Below, piece by piece: positions 1-8,284 of a stretch of 64,000 bases of DNA. The position numbers were made by a program, and so were the translations under genes. The notes under the pieces were generated by a model, which was given only the letters and a program-made list of their open reading frames with translations, had not been told where the DNA came from and ran no database searches. The DNA is taken from positions 608,001 through 672,000 of the forward strand of contig CAVXRD010000003.1 of assembly GCA_963764165.1 (NCBI GenBank), read 5' to 3'. The stretch comes from an uncultured Verrucomicrobiae bacterium. GTDB lineage: Bacteria; Verrucomicrobiota; Verrucomicrobiia; Limisphaerales; Palsa-1400. Every line of letters begins with the position of its first letter. Within the stretch, counting starts at the first letter, position 1.

Positions 1-594
1 GCGTGCAGCAAGTTGAACCCGACCGTCCTCACCACGCGCTTTTACGTTGTGGGCAAGGATAACGGCCTGGCCAATGTCTTCGTTTACATTTCCCAAGGTC
101 TTCCGGAAGGCAAAACATACGCGCCTCCCGCCGAGCCGGTGGATCTCGACCAAGTCGGCTGCAATTACAACCCTTACGTCTTTGGCGTGATGGTGGGCCA
201 GAAGGTCCGCATCAAGAATTCCGATGCCGTCATGCACAACATCCACGCCATGCCGAAAACCGATGGCAACGACGAATTCAATTTCGCCGAACCCAGCCAG
301 GGCGACGTCAACGAGACTAAATGGACCGATGCGATCAAGAAGCCTGAAGTTTTGGTGAAGATTAAATGCGACGTGCATCAATGGATGTTTGCTTACGCCG
401 GCGTCCGCCCGGATCCGTATTTCGCAGTGTCGGACCCGGATGGAAACTTTAAGATCAAGGACGTTCCGCCCGGCAAGTATACCGTGACGGCGTATCATTT
501 GAAGGCGCACGGCGCCAAACCTGGAGAGACCGCAGAAGTAACGGTTGCGGATGGTCCCGCGACAGCTAATTTCACGGTTGAAGTGCCGAAATAA
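1..594 (+). CDS. 5'-truncated carboxypeptidase-regulatory-like/cupredoxin-like periplasmic protein of the type often found beside respiratory complex genes
   Basis: ORF open from the window edge; motifs LDQxGC, NSDAVMHNIH, KCDVHQWM and GNFKIKDVPPGKY. Confidence 0.6.
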   Translation, partial: ACSKLNPTVLTTRFYVVGKDNGLANVFVYISQGLPEGKTYAPPAEPVDLDQVGCNYNPYVFGVMVGQKVRIKNSDAVMHNIHAMPKTDGNDEFNFAEPSQGDVNETKWTDAIKKPEVLVKIKCDVHQWMFAYAGVRPDPYFAVSDPDGNFKIKDVPPGKYTVTAYHLKAHGAKPGETAEVTVADGPATANFTVEVPK

Positions 595-687
595 CAGCGA
601 ACGCTGTTGCAAGGATCGGTTGATTTTGGATCGTTTTGGCAATGACCCGGCAGTGCCGGGCTTTGCTATTTTGGTAATTGTTGTCTG

Positions 688-1914
688 TTGCAAAAAGTGA
701 GTTTGATTCAAAGCAGGAATGTGTCGCTGAAGCGATTTGCGTTCGCCACCGCGCTGGTGACGTTCGTTCTCGTCTGGATAGGCGGCCTCGTCACCAGCCA
801 CGAAGCCGGCATGTCCGTCCCCGATTGGCCTACGAGCTACGGTTACAACATGTTTTTCTTTCCCGTCTCGAAATGGATGGGGGGAATTCTATACGAACAT
901 TCCCATCGCCTGGTGGCTTCGCTGGTTGGGTTGCTTACCAGCATCCTGGCGCTGTGGTTATTTGGAAGAAATTCGCGGCCCTTGATTCGTTGGATCGGAA
1001 TTATTTTCATCGTGGCCGGAATAGCGCTGACGTTCGTTTTTCCAAAGCACGCCGCCGAAAACTTGATGACCTCAGGAATGGGCCTGATCGGTTTGATCGC
1101 GAGCTTCTATTGGCCCGCATGTGAGCCTTCCGCGAAATGGCTGCGAACGCTTGGCGTGATTGCCTTTGTGGCAGTGGTGATCCAGGGAATGCTTGGCGGC
1201 TTTCGGGTCACGCAAAAAATGGCGGAACTTGGAATTTTTCACGGCGCACTGGCGCAAATGTTTTTCGCGCTGATTTGCGCCATTGCCTTGTTCCACTCGG
1301 ATTTCTGGCGAAGTCTTCCAATGCACGCAGAACGCGACCAACGTCATTTTCGCATGCTTTTCACGGTCACCACCGCTTTGGTGCTTTGCCAGCTTGTATT
1401 GGGAGCGACCATGCGCCATCAACATGCCGGATTGGCCATCCCGGATTTCCCCGCAGCCTACGGAAAGCTCTGGCCTGACACTGATCCGGCGGCGATTGCG
1501 CGTTACAATCAGCAGCGCAACACAATCTCCGAAGACGCTTTGATCACCGCCGCGCAAGTGGAATTGCAGATGGCTCATCGGATTTTGGCGCTCGTCGTAT
1601 TCTCGCTGGTCGGCCTGTGCGCGTGGCGCGCGTGGCGCGGACTTGGATCGAAGCATGTCCTGACGCGGTTTTCATTCATTTGGTTCGCGCTGGTCTCGCT
1701 GCAACTTGTCCTCGGCGCGGCCACGATTCTTACGGCCAAAGCGGCGGATATCGCCACCGCGCATGTTGCGTGCGGGGCGCTTTGCCTGGTCACCGGCACG
1801 CTGGCGTCGATCGTTTCTTTTCGTCTTTTAACGGTCCCCGCGGCCCAATTGGCTGGCGCGGAAAAAAATGAAGTGACTTCGCTTCTTGCGTCTAGCAGCA
1901 TCGTCGCGAAATAG
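688..1914 (+). CDS. ctaA: Heme A synthase (COX15/CtaA family)
   Basis: Multi-TM protein with GGLVTSHEAGMSVPDWP and EHSHR motifs and further His residues (HG, HR, HV); next to ctaB. Confidence 0.9.
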   Translation: MQKVSLIQSRNVSLKRFAFATALVTFVLVWIGGLVTSHEAGMSVPDWPTSYGYNMFFFPVSKWMGGILYEHSHRLVASLVGLLTSILALWLFGRNSRPLIRWIGIIFIVAGIALTFVFPKHAAENLMTSGMGLIGLIASFYWPACEPSAKWLRTLGVIAFVAVVIQGMLGGFRVTQKMAELGIFHGALAQMFFALICAIALFHSDFWRSLPMHAERDQRHFRMLFTVTTALVLCQLVLGATMRHQHAGLAIPDFPAAYGKLWPDTDPAAIARYNQQRNTISEDALITAAQVELQMAHRILALVVFSLVGLCAWRAWRGLGSKHVLTRFSFIWFALVSLQLVLGAATILTAKAADIATAHVACGALCLVTGTLASIVSFRLLTVPAAQLAGAEKNEVTSLLASSSIVAK

Positions 1915-2839
1915 CGTGAAAGCCACCGCCACAACTCTCGCTGCGCCCGCGCCAATGGTGAAAACACCATCGGTCGAACGTTCGCGCGCCGGCGTGCTCA
2001 GCGACCTTTTCAAGGCCCGGCTGACGTCGCTGGTTCTGTTGACAACACTGGTCGGATTTTACGTCGGCTCGCGGCAGCCTGTGTCGTGGTGGCTGATGAT
2101 CAACACGCTTTTGGGAACCGCCGTTCTGGCCGGCGGCGCATCGGCGCTGAATCAATGGATGGAGCGCGGTTACGACGCAAAAATGCGCCGCACGCAGGAT
2201 CGCCCCCTGCCCTCCGGCCGGCTGACGCCGGAATCCGCGCTGTTGATCGGCGGGTTTTGCGGAATGGCGGGCATGATTTATCTGGCGCTCACGGTTAATT
2301 TGATCACAGCCGCTTTGGGCGCGTTGACGCTGGCAAGTTATCTCTTCATTTACACGCCCCTGAAGCGCGTCACGACGTTGAATACCGTCATCGGCGCGAT
2401 TCCCGGAGCGTTGCCGCCCCTGATGGGTTGGACGGCGGCGCGTGGGGAAGTCTCGACGGAAGGTTGGGCGCTTTTCGCAATACTGTGCTTCTGGCAATTG
2501 CCTCATTTTCTGGCCATCGCCTGGATGTATCGCGATGATTATGCGAAGGCGGGTTTTGTCATGCTCCCGGTGGTGGATCCGAGCGGAGAGCGGACTGGCC
2601 GGCAGGCATTTTGCCACACCATCGGATTGCTCCCTGTGAGCATGTGCCCGTTCCTGCTCAAAATGGTCGGGCCTGTTTACCTCGTCGGCGCGGTTTTGCT
2701 TGGCTTGGGATTTATCTGGTGCGCGTTTCAATTCTCCCGCGATCTCACGATGGCGAGGGCGCGAATGCTGTTTTTCGCTTCGATTATCTATTTGCCAGCA
2801 TTACTTGGATTAATGGTGCTTGATAAAATTGCGACTTAA
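1886..2839 (+). CDS. ctaB: Heme O synthase (protoheme IX farnesyltransferase); true start may be slightly downstream
   Basis: ALNQWMERGYDAKMRRTQDRPLPSG, YTPLKR, WQLPHF and YRDDY motifs. Confidence 0.95.
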   Translation: MRLAASSRNSVKATATTLAAPAPMVKTPSVERSRAGVLSDLFKARLTSLVLLTTLVGFYVGSRQPVSWWLMINTLLGTAVLAGGASALNQWMERGYDAKMRRTQDRPLPSGRLTPESALLIGGFCGMAGMIYLALTVNLITAALGALTLASYLFIYTPLKRVTTLNTVIGAIPGALPPLMGWTAARGEVSTEGWALFAILCFWQLPHFLAIAWMYRDDYAKAGFVMLPVVDPSGERTGRQAFCHTIGLLPVSMCPFLLKMVGPVYLVGAVLLGLGFIWCAFQFSRDLTMARARMLFFASIIYLPALLGLMVLDKIAT

Positions 2840-2859
2840 ATTAGCCATTATGATTTCCA

Positions 2860-2889
2860 TTGACACCCGGCTTTCGATAAAATTAAGCT
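2860..2889 (+). promoter_or_regulatory. Possible sigma70 promoter for the oxidase structural genes
   Basis: TTGACA-18 nt-TAAGCT, about 40 nt upstream of the subunit I start. Confidence 0.4.
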
Positions 2890-2928
2890 CTAACCCGAAA
2901 TTGGCATCGTCAACGCCATAAAAAGGTC

Positions 2929-4761
2929 ATGCAGTCACATACAACCGGATCACACCACGCCGAAGCCGAGCATCATCACGATCCCGGCTTCTGGGAGCAG
3001 TATGTCTTCTCCACCGATCACAAGGTCGTTGGAATCCAATACGCCGTCACCGCCCTGCTCTTTTTGTTGTTTGGTTTCTGCCTGATGCTGATGATGCGCT
3101 GGCAGCTCGCGCACCCTGGCACGCCTATTCCCGTCATGGGCAAAATCCTTTCGCAATTTCTGGGCGAGGACATGGCGAGCAAGGAAGGCGTGATGTCGGC
3201 GGACTTGTATAATTCCTTCGGGGCGATGCATGGAACCATCATGGTGTTCCTCGCGGTCGTGCCTCTGCTGACGGGCGCTTTCGGAAACTACGTCATGCCG
3301 TTGCAAATCGGCGCGCCAGATATGGCTTTCCCGCGCCTGAACATGATGAGCTACCAGTTTTATTTCGTCGGCGGCGTGGTCATGTTCACCAGCTTTTTTG
3401 TGCCGGGCGGCGCCGCGAAATCCGGGTGGACGTCGTACTCGCCTCTGGCGAGCATTGCGGACACAGTTCATCATCCCAACGGCCAAACGTTCTGGCTCCT
3501 CGGAATGATCTTTTTGATCACGTCGTCACTGCTGGGTTCCGCCAACATTCTTACGACGATCATTCAATTGCGCGCGCCGGGTTTGACGTGGTTCCGGCTG
3601 CCCTTCTTCGTGTGGGCGCAGTTTGTGACCGCATTTCTGCTCTTGCTGGCCTTTCCTCCGCTCGAAGCGGCGGGTTGCCTCCAATTGATGGATAACGCAT
3701 TCGGGACGAGCTTTTTCCTTCCGACTGGCTTGGTGGTTTCTGGAAAACCGCTGCACGTCGCGGGTGGCGGAAGCCCCCTGCTCTGGCAGCACTTGTTTTG
3801 GTTCCTGGCCCATCCAGAGGTGTATGTATTGATTCTGCCGGCCATGGGAATCGTTGCGGAAGTCATAGCCAACAATACGCGCAAGCCGTTGTGGGGTTAC
3901 AAATCCCTCGTGTATGCGTCGATGGGTCTGGGCTTCCTCTCTTTCGTCGTTTGGGCGCACCACATGTATATGACCGGCATGGGAATTCACATCGCAACGT
4001 TCTTCCAAACCACCACGATGCTGATTTCGATTCCATCGGTGATCATCCTGACGGCGTTGCTGCTGTCCCTTTGGGGTGGTTCGATTCGCTTTAATACTCC
4101 GATGCTGTTTGCGGTCGGTTTCCTGCCGATGTTCGGCATTGGCGGACTTACGGGATTGCCGCTGGGTTTCAGCTCGAGCGACATTCAACTGCACGACAGT
4201 TATTACGTCATCGGCCACTTCCATTATGTCGTGGCGCCGGGGACCATCTTCGCGATTTTCGCGGGGATTTATTACTGGTATCCGAAGACGACGGGACGGT
4301 TTATGAGCGAATACTGGGGCAAGGTTCACTTCACGCTCTCGATGTTTTTCATCAACCTCGTTTTCATGCCAATGTTCATCCAAGGACTGGCCGGCATGTC
4401 CCGCCGCATGTATGACGGCGGCAATACGTACGCGGCGGCGAATGGCGGATTGGGCGGGTTGAGCCCGTTCGTTCTCAATTTGAACAAGGTGATTTCCTAC
4501 GGCGCATTCGGCCTGGCGATTTCCCAGATTCCTTTCATCATCAATTTTTTCTGGAGCATCCGCAACGGCAAGAAGGCGTCGGATAATCCTTGGGAAGCGA
4601 CGACATTGGAATGGCAAACGCCAACGCCTCCAGGCCACGGCAACTTTGACAAGCCGATTGAGGTTTTCCGCGGCCCTTACGATTACAACGTTCCTGGCGA
4701 CCACCGGGAATTTGCGCCGCAAAACGAGCCCACCACCCCAGCGCCCGCTTTTGTTTCATGA
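2929..4761 (+). CDS. ctaD: Cytochrome c oxidase subunit I (A1-type heme-copper oxidase)
   Basis: STDHK, HGTIM, DMAFPRLN, WFLAHPEVY, WAHHM and HFHY motifs. Confidence 0.97.
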   Translation: MQSHTTGSHHAEAEHHHDPGFWEQYVFSTDHKVVGIQYAVTALLFLLFGFCLMLMMRWQLAHPGTPIPVMGKILSQFLGEDMASKEGVMSADLYNSFGAMHGTIMVFLAVVPLLTGAFGNYVMPLQIGAPDMAFPRLNMMSYQFYFVGGVVMFTSFFVPGGAAKSGWTSYSPLASIADTVHHPNGQTFWLLGMIFLITSSLLGSANILTTIIQLRAPGLTWFRLPFFVWAQFVTAFLLLLAFPPLEAAGCLQLMDNAFGTSFFLPTGLVVSGKPLHVAGGGSPLLWQHLFWFLAHPEVYVLILPAMGIVAEVIANNTRKPLWGYKSLVYASMGLGFLSFVVWAHHMYMTGMGIHIATFFQTTTMLISIPSVIILTALLLSLWGGSIRFNTPMLFAVGFLPMFGIGGLTGLPLGFSSSDIQLHDSYYVIGHFHYVVAPGTIFAIFAGIYYWYPKTTGRFMSEYWGKVHFTLSMFFINLVFMPMFIQGLAGMSRRMYDGGNTYAAANGGLGGLSPFVLNLNKVISYGAFGLAISQIPFIINFFWSIRNGKKASDNPWEATTLEWQTPTPPGHGNFDKPIEVFRGPYDYNVPGDHREFAPQNEPTTPAPAFVS

Positions 4762-5531
4762 TTATCCCATACACAGTAGAACAGCGCGAAGATACCGGCC
4801 TATACAACGCCAAGCTCGGCGTGTGGCTATTCCTGGCTTCGGAGGTCATGCTCTTCGGCGCGCTTTTTTCCTCCTACCTCTTGCTGCGTGTCGGCGCGGA
4901 TCCAGGCACTTGGCCGCGGCACTGGCTGGATTATAAATTGGGTGCGCTCAACACCTGCATCCTCATCGTTTCCTCGGTCACAAATGTGATCGCCTGGGCG
5001 CAGCTCAAGCTCGGTTCCTTCGGCAAATATCGAATTTACCAGGCGCTGACGATGATTCTCGCGGCGACATTCCTTTGCATCAAATCAACCGAATACTACA
5101 GCAAGTTCCATCACTTCACTGTCACGACCAAGGACGGCAAGATTATTGACGGTCATTTGGTAAAAGGTGAAACCACCAAGGACAAACTGGCTCTCGACGG
5201 CTGGTCCCCTGCCACGATGGCCGAAGTCATGGACCCTCCCGCCAAGATCGAGGAAAAGAAATTTGAAATCGAAAGCAACAACATCGTTGCGATTCAAAAC
5301 TACGGCCCGGCCCGGAACAATTTCACAGGCCTTTATTTCACCATGACCGCGTTGCATGTGCTCCATATTATCGGCGGAGCCATCGTTCTCTTCGCTATTT
5401 GGGGGCCGTTGAGCAGCATGTGGAAATCCGACCCAGAACGCTACACCAATCGCGTCGAAGTCGCCGGGCTTTTCTGGTCGTTCGTCGATTTGGTTTGGCT
5501 GTTTATCTTTCCGACGTTTTATCTTTTGTAA
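4758..5531 (+). CDS. ctaE: Cytochrome c oxidase subunit III
   Basis: LFLASEVMLFGALF, TALHVLH and FWSFVDLVWLFIF motifs; ATGA overlap with subunit I. Confidence 0.93.
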   Translation: MIIPYTVEQREDTGLYNAKLGVWLFLASEVMLFGALFSSYLLLRVGADPGTWPRHWLDYKLGALNTCILIVSSVTNVIAWAQLKLGSFGKYRIYQALTMILAATFLCIKSTEYYSKFHHFTVTTKDGKIIDGHLVKGETTKDKLALDGWSPATMAEVMDPPAKIEEKKFEIESNNIVAIQNYGPARNNFTGLYFTMTALHVLHIIGGAIVLFAIWGPLSSMWKSDPERYTNRVEVAGLFWSFVDLVWLFIFPTFYLL

Positions 5532-5537
5532 CCGAAC

Positions 5538-5864
5538 ATGAACAAACCCACGGAACAGGAAATCAAAGACGTCCAGAAGCACGTTCAGCATCACATCATC
5601 ATCGCACTGGTGTTGATTGTCGGCAGCGCGACGACCTTGTGGACGTCGCAAACGCACTTCTCGAGCTTTGCCGTGAATGTTTACGCGACCCTCACGGTGG
5701 CTGCCATCCAGGGATTTCTCGTGGCCGCCTATTACATGCATTTGCTCTCGCAAAAGAAGATGATCTATACGTTTCTGGTATTTACCGCTATATTCTTTGT
5801 AGTGATGATTCGAATAACCTACTGGGCGCGCCTGCCGGAAAACGTGATCCATATAAATTCATAA
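5538..5864 (+). CDS. Cytochrome c oxidase subunit IV family protein
   Basis: Three TM segments, VAAYYMHL motif, position in the operon. Confidence 0.8.
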   Translation: MNKPTEQEIKDVQKHVQHHIIIALVLIVGSATTLWTSQTHFSSFAVNVYATLTVAAIQGFLVAAYYMHLLSQKKMIYTFLVFTAIFFVVMIRITYWARLPENVIHINS

Positions 5865-5867
5865 TTT

Positions 5868-6074
5868 ATGTCACTCAAAGCTGTTCATATTGTCTTTATC
5901 ACCTGCTCGATTCTGCTGGCCTTCTTCCTTGGCGCCTGGCTCTGGCATGATTACGGCACGACGAAGGACACCACCGAAGGCGCCTTTGCCATCGGTTCCG
6001 GGATCACCGGCGTGCTGCTGCTCATTTACGCCAAAGCCATTTTGAGAAAACTCCGCCAAATCAGCTTTTTATGA
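5868..6074 (+). CDS. Small two-TM membrane protein in the oxidase operon
   Basis: MSLKAVHIVFI start; tightly packed in the operon. Confidence 0.7.
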   Translation: MSLKAVHIVFITCSILLAFFLGAWLWHDYGTTKDTTEGAFAIGSGITGVLLLIYAKAILRKLRQISFL

Positions 6075-6307
6075 GACGCTTCAAAACTCTTCTCTGCCCG
6101 GTCGTGATGGCCTGCGCCGCAAACGCCGCCGTCGCCTGCCCGGTTTGCTTCGGAAAATCGGATTCACCAATGGCGCAAGGCGTGAACGCGGGAATTTTTG
6201 TGATGCTCGGCGTCGTCGGCTGCGTGCTGGCGGGCGCCTCGGTGTTTTTTGTTTACCTGGCCCGCAAAGCATCCCACACGTCATCGCCAGTCAAACCAAA
6301 GAATTGA
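6071..6307 (+). CDS. Small exported/membrane protein with CxxC (ACPVCFG)
   Basis: Signal-like N-terminus, CPVC, one TM; overlaps both neighbours. Confidence 0.7.
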   Translation: MRRFKTLLCPVVMACAANAAVACPVCFGKSDSPMAQGVNAGIFVMLGVVGCVLAGASVFFVYLARKASHTSSPVKPKN

Positions 6308-7077
6308 TGAAACCCGAACTCGCATGGCTCGGCTTGCCGCTGAACGCGTCCAAGGATGGCGGCGATATCGACACGCTGATTCTGGCCGTTCACATCCTGA
6401 TGTTCGCGCTGTTCGCGGGCTGGTTTGCATATTTCATCTATGTCCTTTTCCGATTTCAAAAATCGCGCCATCCCAAGGCGGACAACGTCGGCATCAAGAG
6501 CCACGCTTCCTCGTATCTGGAAGGCCTGGTCGCGCTGATAGAGGCCGCGCTGCTGATCGGCCTCGCCATCCCGATTTGGTCGAGAGCCACTGAAAAATTT
6601 CCGGACGCCAAAGAATCCACCGTCCTCCGCGTCATCGCGCAGCAATTTCAATGGAACGGCTGGTATCCCGGGACAAACGGCGTGTTCGTCAAGGCGGATC
6701 CGAAATTTGTGGATGGCAGCAATCCGTTTGGCTTCGACAAGTCTGACACAAATTACAATTATAATTTCACGGTGACCAAAGAATTCGTCGTGCCGGTTAA
6801 GAAGCCTGTGATCGTTTATCTTAGCTCGCTGGACGTGATTCACTCCTTCTCGTGCAGGCCGCTGCGGGCCATGCAGGATGCCATCCCTGGCGTCCCCGTC
6901 CCCCTCCATTTCACCCCGGCGCAGACGGGCACCTTCCAGATCAACTGCGCCCAGCTTTGCGGCAACTTCCATTACGGCATGCGCGGCACCGTCAAAGTCG
7001 TCGAACAACAAGAATACGATAAATGGATTGGCGACAAGGTGAAGGGGGCCATCGCAGCGGCCACCCCAGCTAAATAA
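6307..7077 (+). CDS. ctaC: Cytochrome c oxidase subunit II
   Basis: Two TM helices, AQQFQW, DVIHSF and CuA motif CAQLCGNFHYGM; ATG at 6307 overlaps the upstream TGA. Confidence 0.93.
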   Translation: MKPELAWLGLPLNASKDGGDIDTLILAVHILMFALFAGWFAYFIYVLFRFQKSRHPKADNVGIKSHASSYLEGLVALIEAALLIGLAIPIWSRATEKFPDAKESTVLRVIAQQFQWNGWYPGTNGVFVKADPKFVDGSNPFGFDKSDTNYNYNFTVTKEFVVPVKKPVIVYLSSLDVIHSFSCRPLRAMQDAIPGVPVPLHFTPAQTGTFQINCAQLCGNFHYGMRGTVKVVEQQEYDKWIGDKVKGAIAAATPAK

Positions 7078-7087
7078 GGGGGCGCTT

Positions 7088-7705
7088 TTGTCCGAACGCA
7101 AATTGGAATGGGTTGTCTGGGGCGGATTGGGCGCAACCATCCTGATTATCTTGGGCGCGCTTGTGATTGTCCCCTTGCGGGCAAAACCCCTTCCCATCCT
7201 AGGCGTGATGTCTGATTTTTCGCTGACAAATCAGGACGGAAAAACTGTCACCCTTTCCAATTTGCGCGGCAATGCCTGGGTCGCCGACGTCATTTTCACG
7301 CGCTGCCCCGGCCAATGCCCCATCATGTCCAGCCACATGGCCGATTTGCAAAAGGCGCTCCCCGCTGATTCACAAATCAAGCTCGTCTCATTCACCACCG
7401 ATCCTGATTTCGACACCCCGCCCGTGCTGAAAAAATATTCGGAGCATTATGGCGCGCGCGACGGCCAGTGGCAATTCCTGACCGGGACAAAACCCGCCCT
7501 CCGCAAAGCCGCCGGCGAAGGACTGAAACTCAGTGCGCTTGACAAGCCCATCGAGGGCCGCGAAAGCGCAACCGATCTGTTCATCCACAGCGAGAAATTC
7601 GTCGTCATCGATCAAACCGGACAAATTCGGGGCTATTACGACGGCGAAGCCACCGATGGCATGAATCAGGCATTGGCCGCAGCCAAGAGTCTGGCGCACC
7701 AATGA
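7088..7705 (+). CDS. SCO family copper chaperone
   Basis: FTRCPGQCP (CxxxC), DPDFDTP and HS motifs. Confidence 0.92.
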   Translation: MSERKLEWVVWGGLGATILIILGALVIVPLRAKPLPILGVMSDFSLTNQDGKTVTLSNLRGNAWVADVIFTRCPGQCPIMSSHMADLQKALPADSQIKLVSFTTDPDFDTPPVLKKYSEHYGARDGQWQFLTGTKPALRKAAGEGLKLSALDKPIEGRESATDLFIHSEKFVVIDQTGQIRGYYDGEATDGMNQALAAAKSLAHQ

Positions 7706-8133
7706 AAGCCCCGGTCAATTTCCCCGCCATCAACGCAGCCCTCAACGGCCTGAGCGCCGTCTTGCTTGGCATCGGCTACGTCTTCATCCGCCAGAAGAAA
7801 ATCGCCGCGCACAAGCTGTGCATGATCAGCGCCTTCATCACGTCAGCCGTATTCCTGGCCTGTTACCTCACGTATCATTTCCTTTATCACGGATTCACCG
7901 CCTTCCGCGACCCTGCGTGGTTCCGTCCGATCTACATCACAATTCTACTGACGCACACCATTTTGGCGGTCGTCATTGTCCCGCTGATTTTGATGACATT
8001 GAGCCGCGCTTTGAAGGCGAGATTCGATCTGCATCAAAAGATCGCGCGTTGGACTTGGCCCCTATGGATGTATGTTTCGGTGACGGGCGTCGTCGTGTAT
8101 CTGCTGCTGTATCAAATTTTCCCGCAAAAATGA
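7702..8133 (+). CDS. DUF420 family membrane protein
   Basis: AINAALN, FLACYLTYH and HQKIARWTWPLWMYVSVTG motifs. Confidence 0.9.
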   Translation: MKAPVNFPAINAALNGLSAVLLGIGYVFIRQKKIAAHKLCMISAFITSAVFLACYLTYHFLYHGFTAFRDPAWFRPIYITILLTHTILAVVIVPLILMTLSRALKARFDLHQKIARWTWPLWMYVSVTGVVVYLLLYQIFPQK

Positions 8134-8284
8134 CACGCGAAAAAGCTCCAATGTCCTACCGTGACAGCCGCAGCTAATTTTCCGTGCGTTTCTGATGCGG
8201 GACGTCAGGCAACCGGGTAACTTGATGATCTGACCGCAATGGAATCAACTCGATGCGCGAGAGTTCCCTAGCGACGGCACTCTT

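Noticed and set aside
6145..6306. Longer start for oxidase subunit II
   Set aside because: Overlaps the CPVC gene; the ATG at 6307 is coupled to its stop codon
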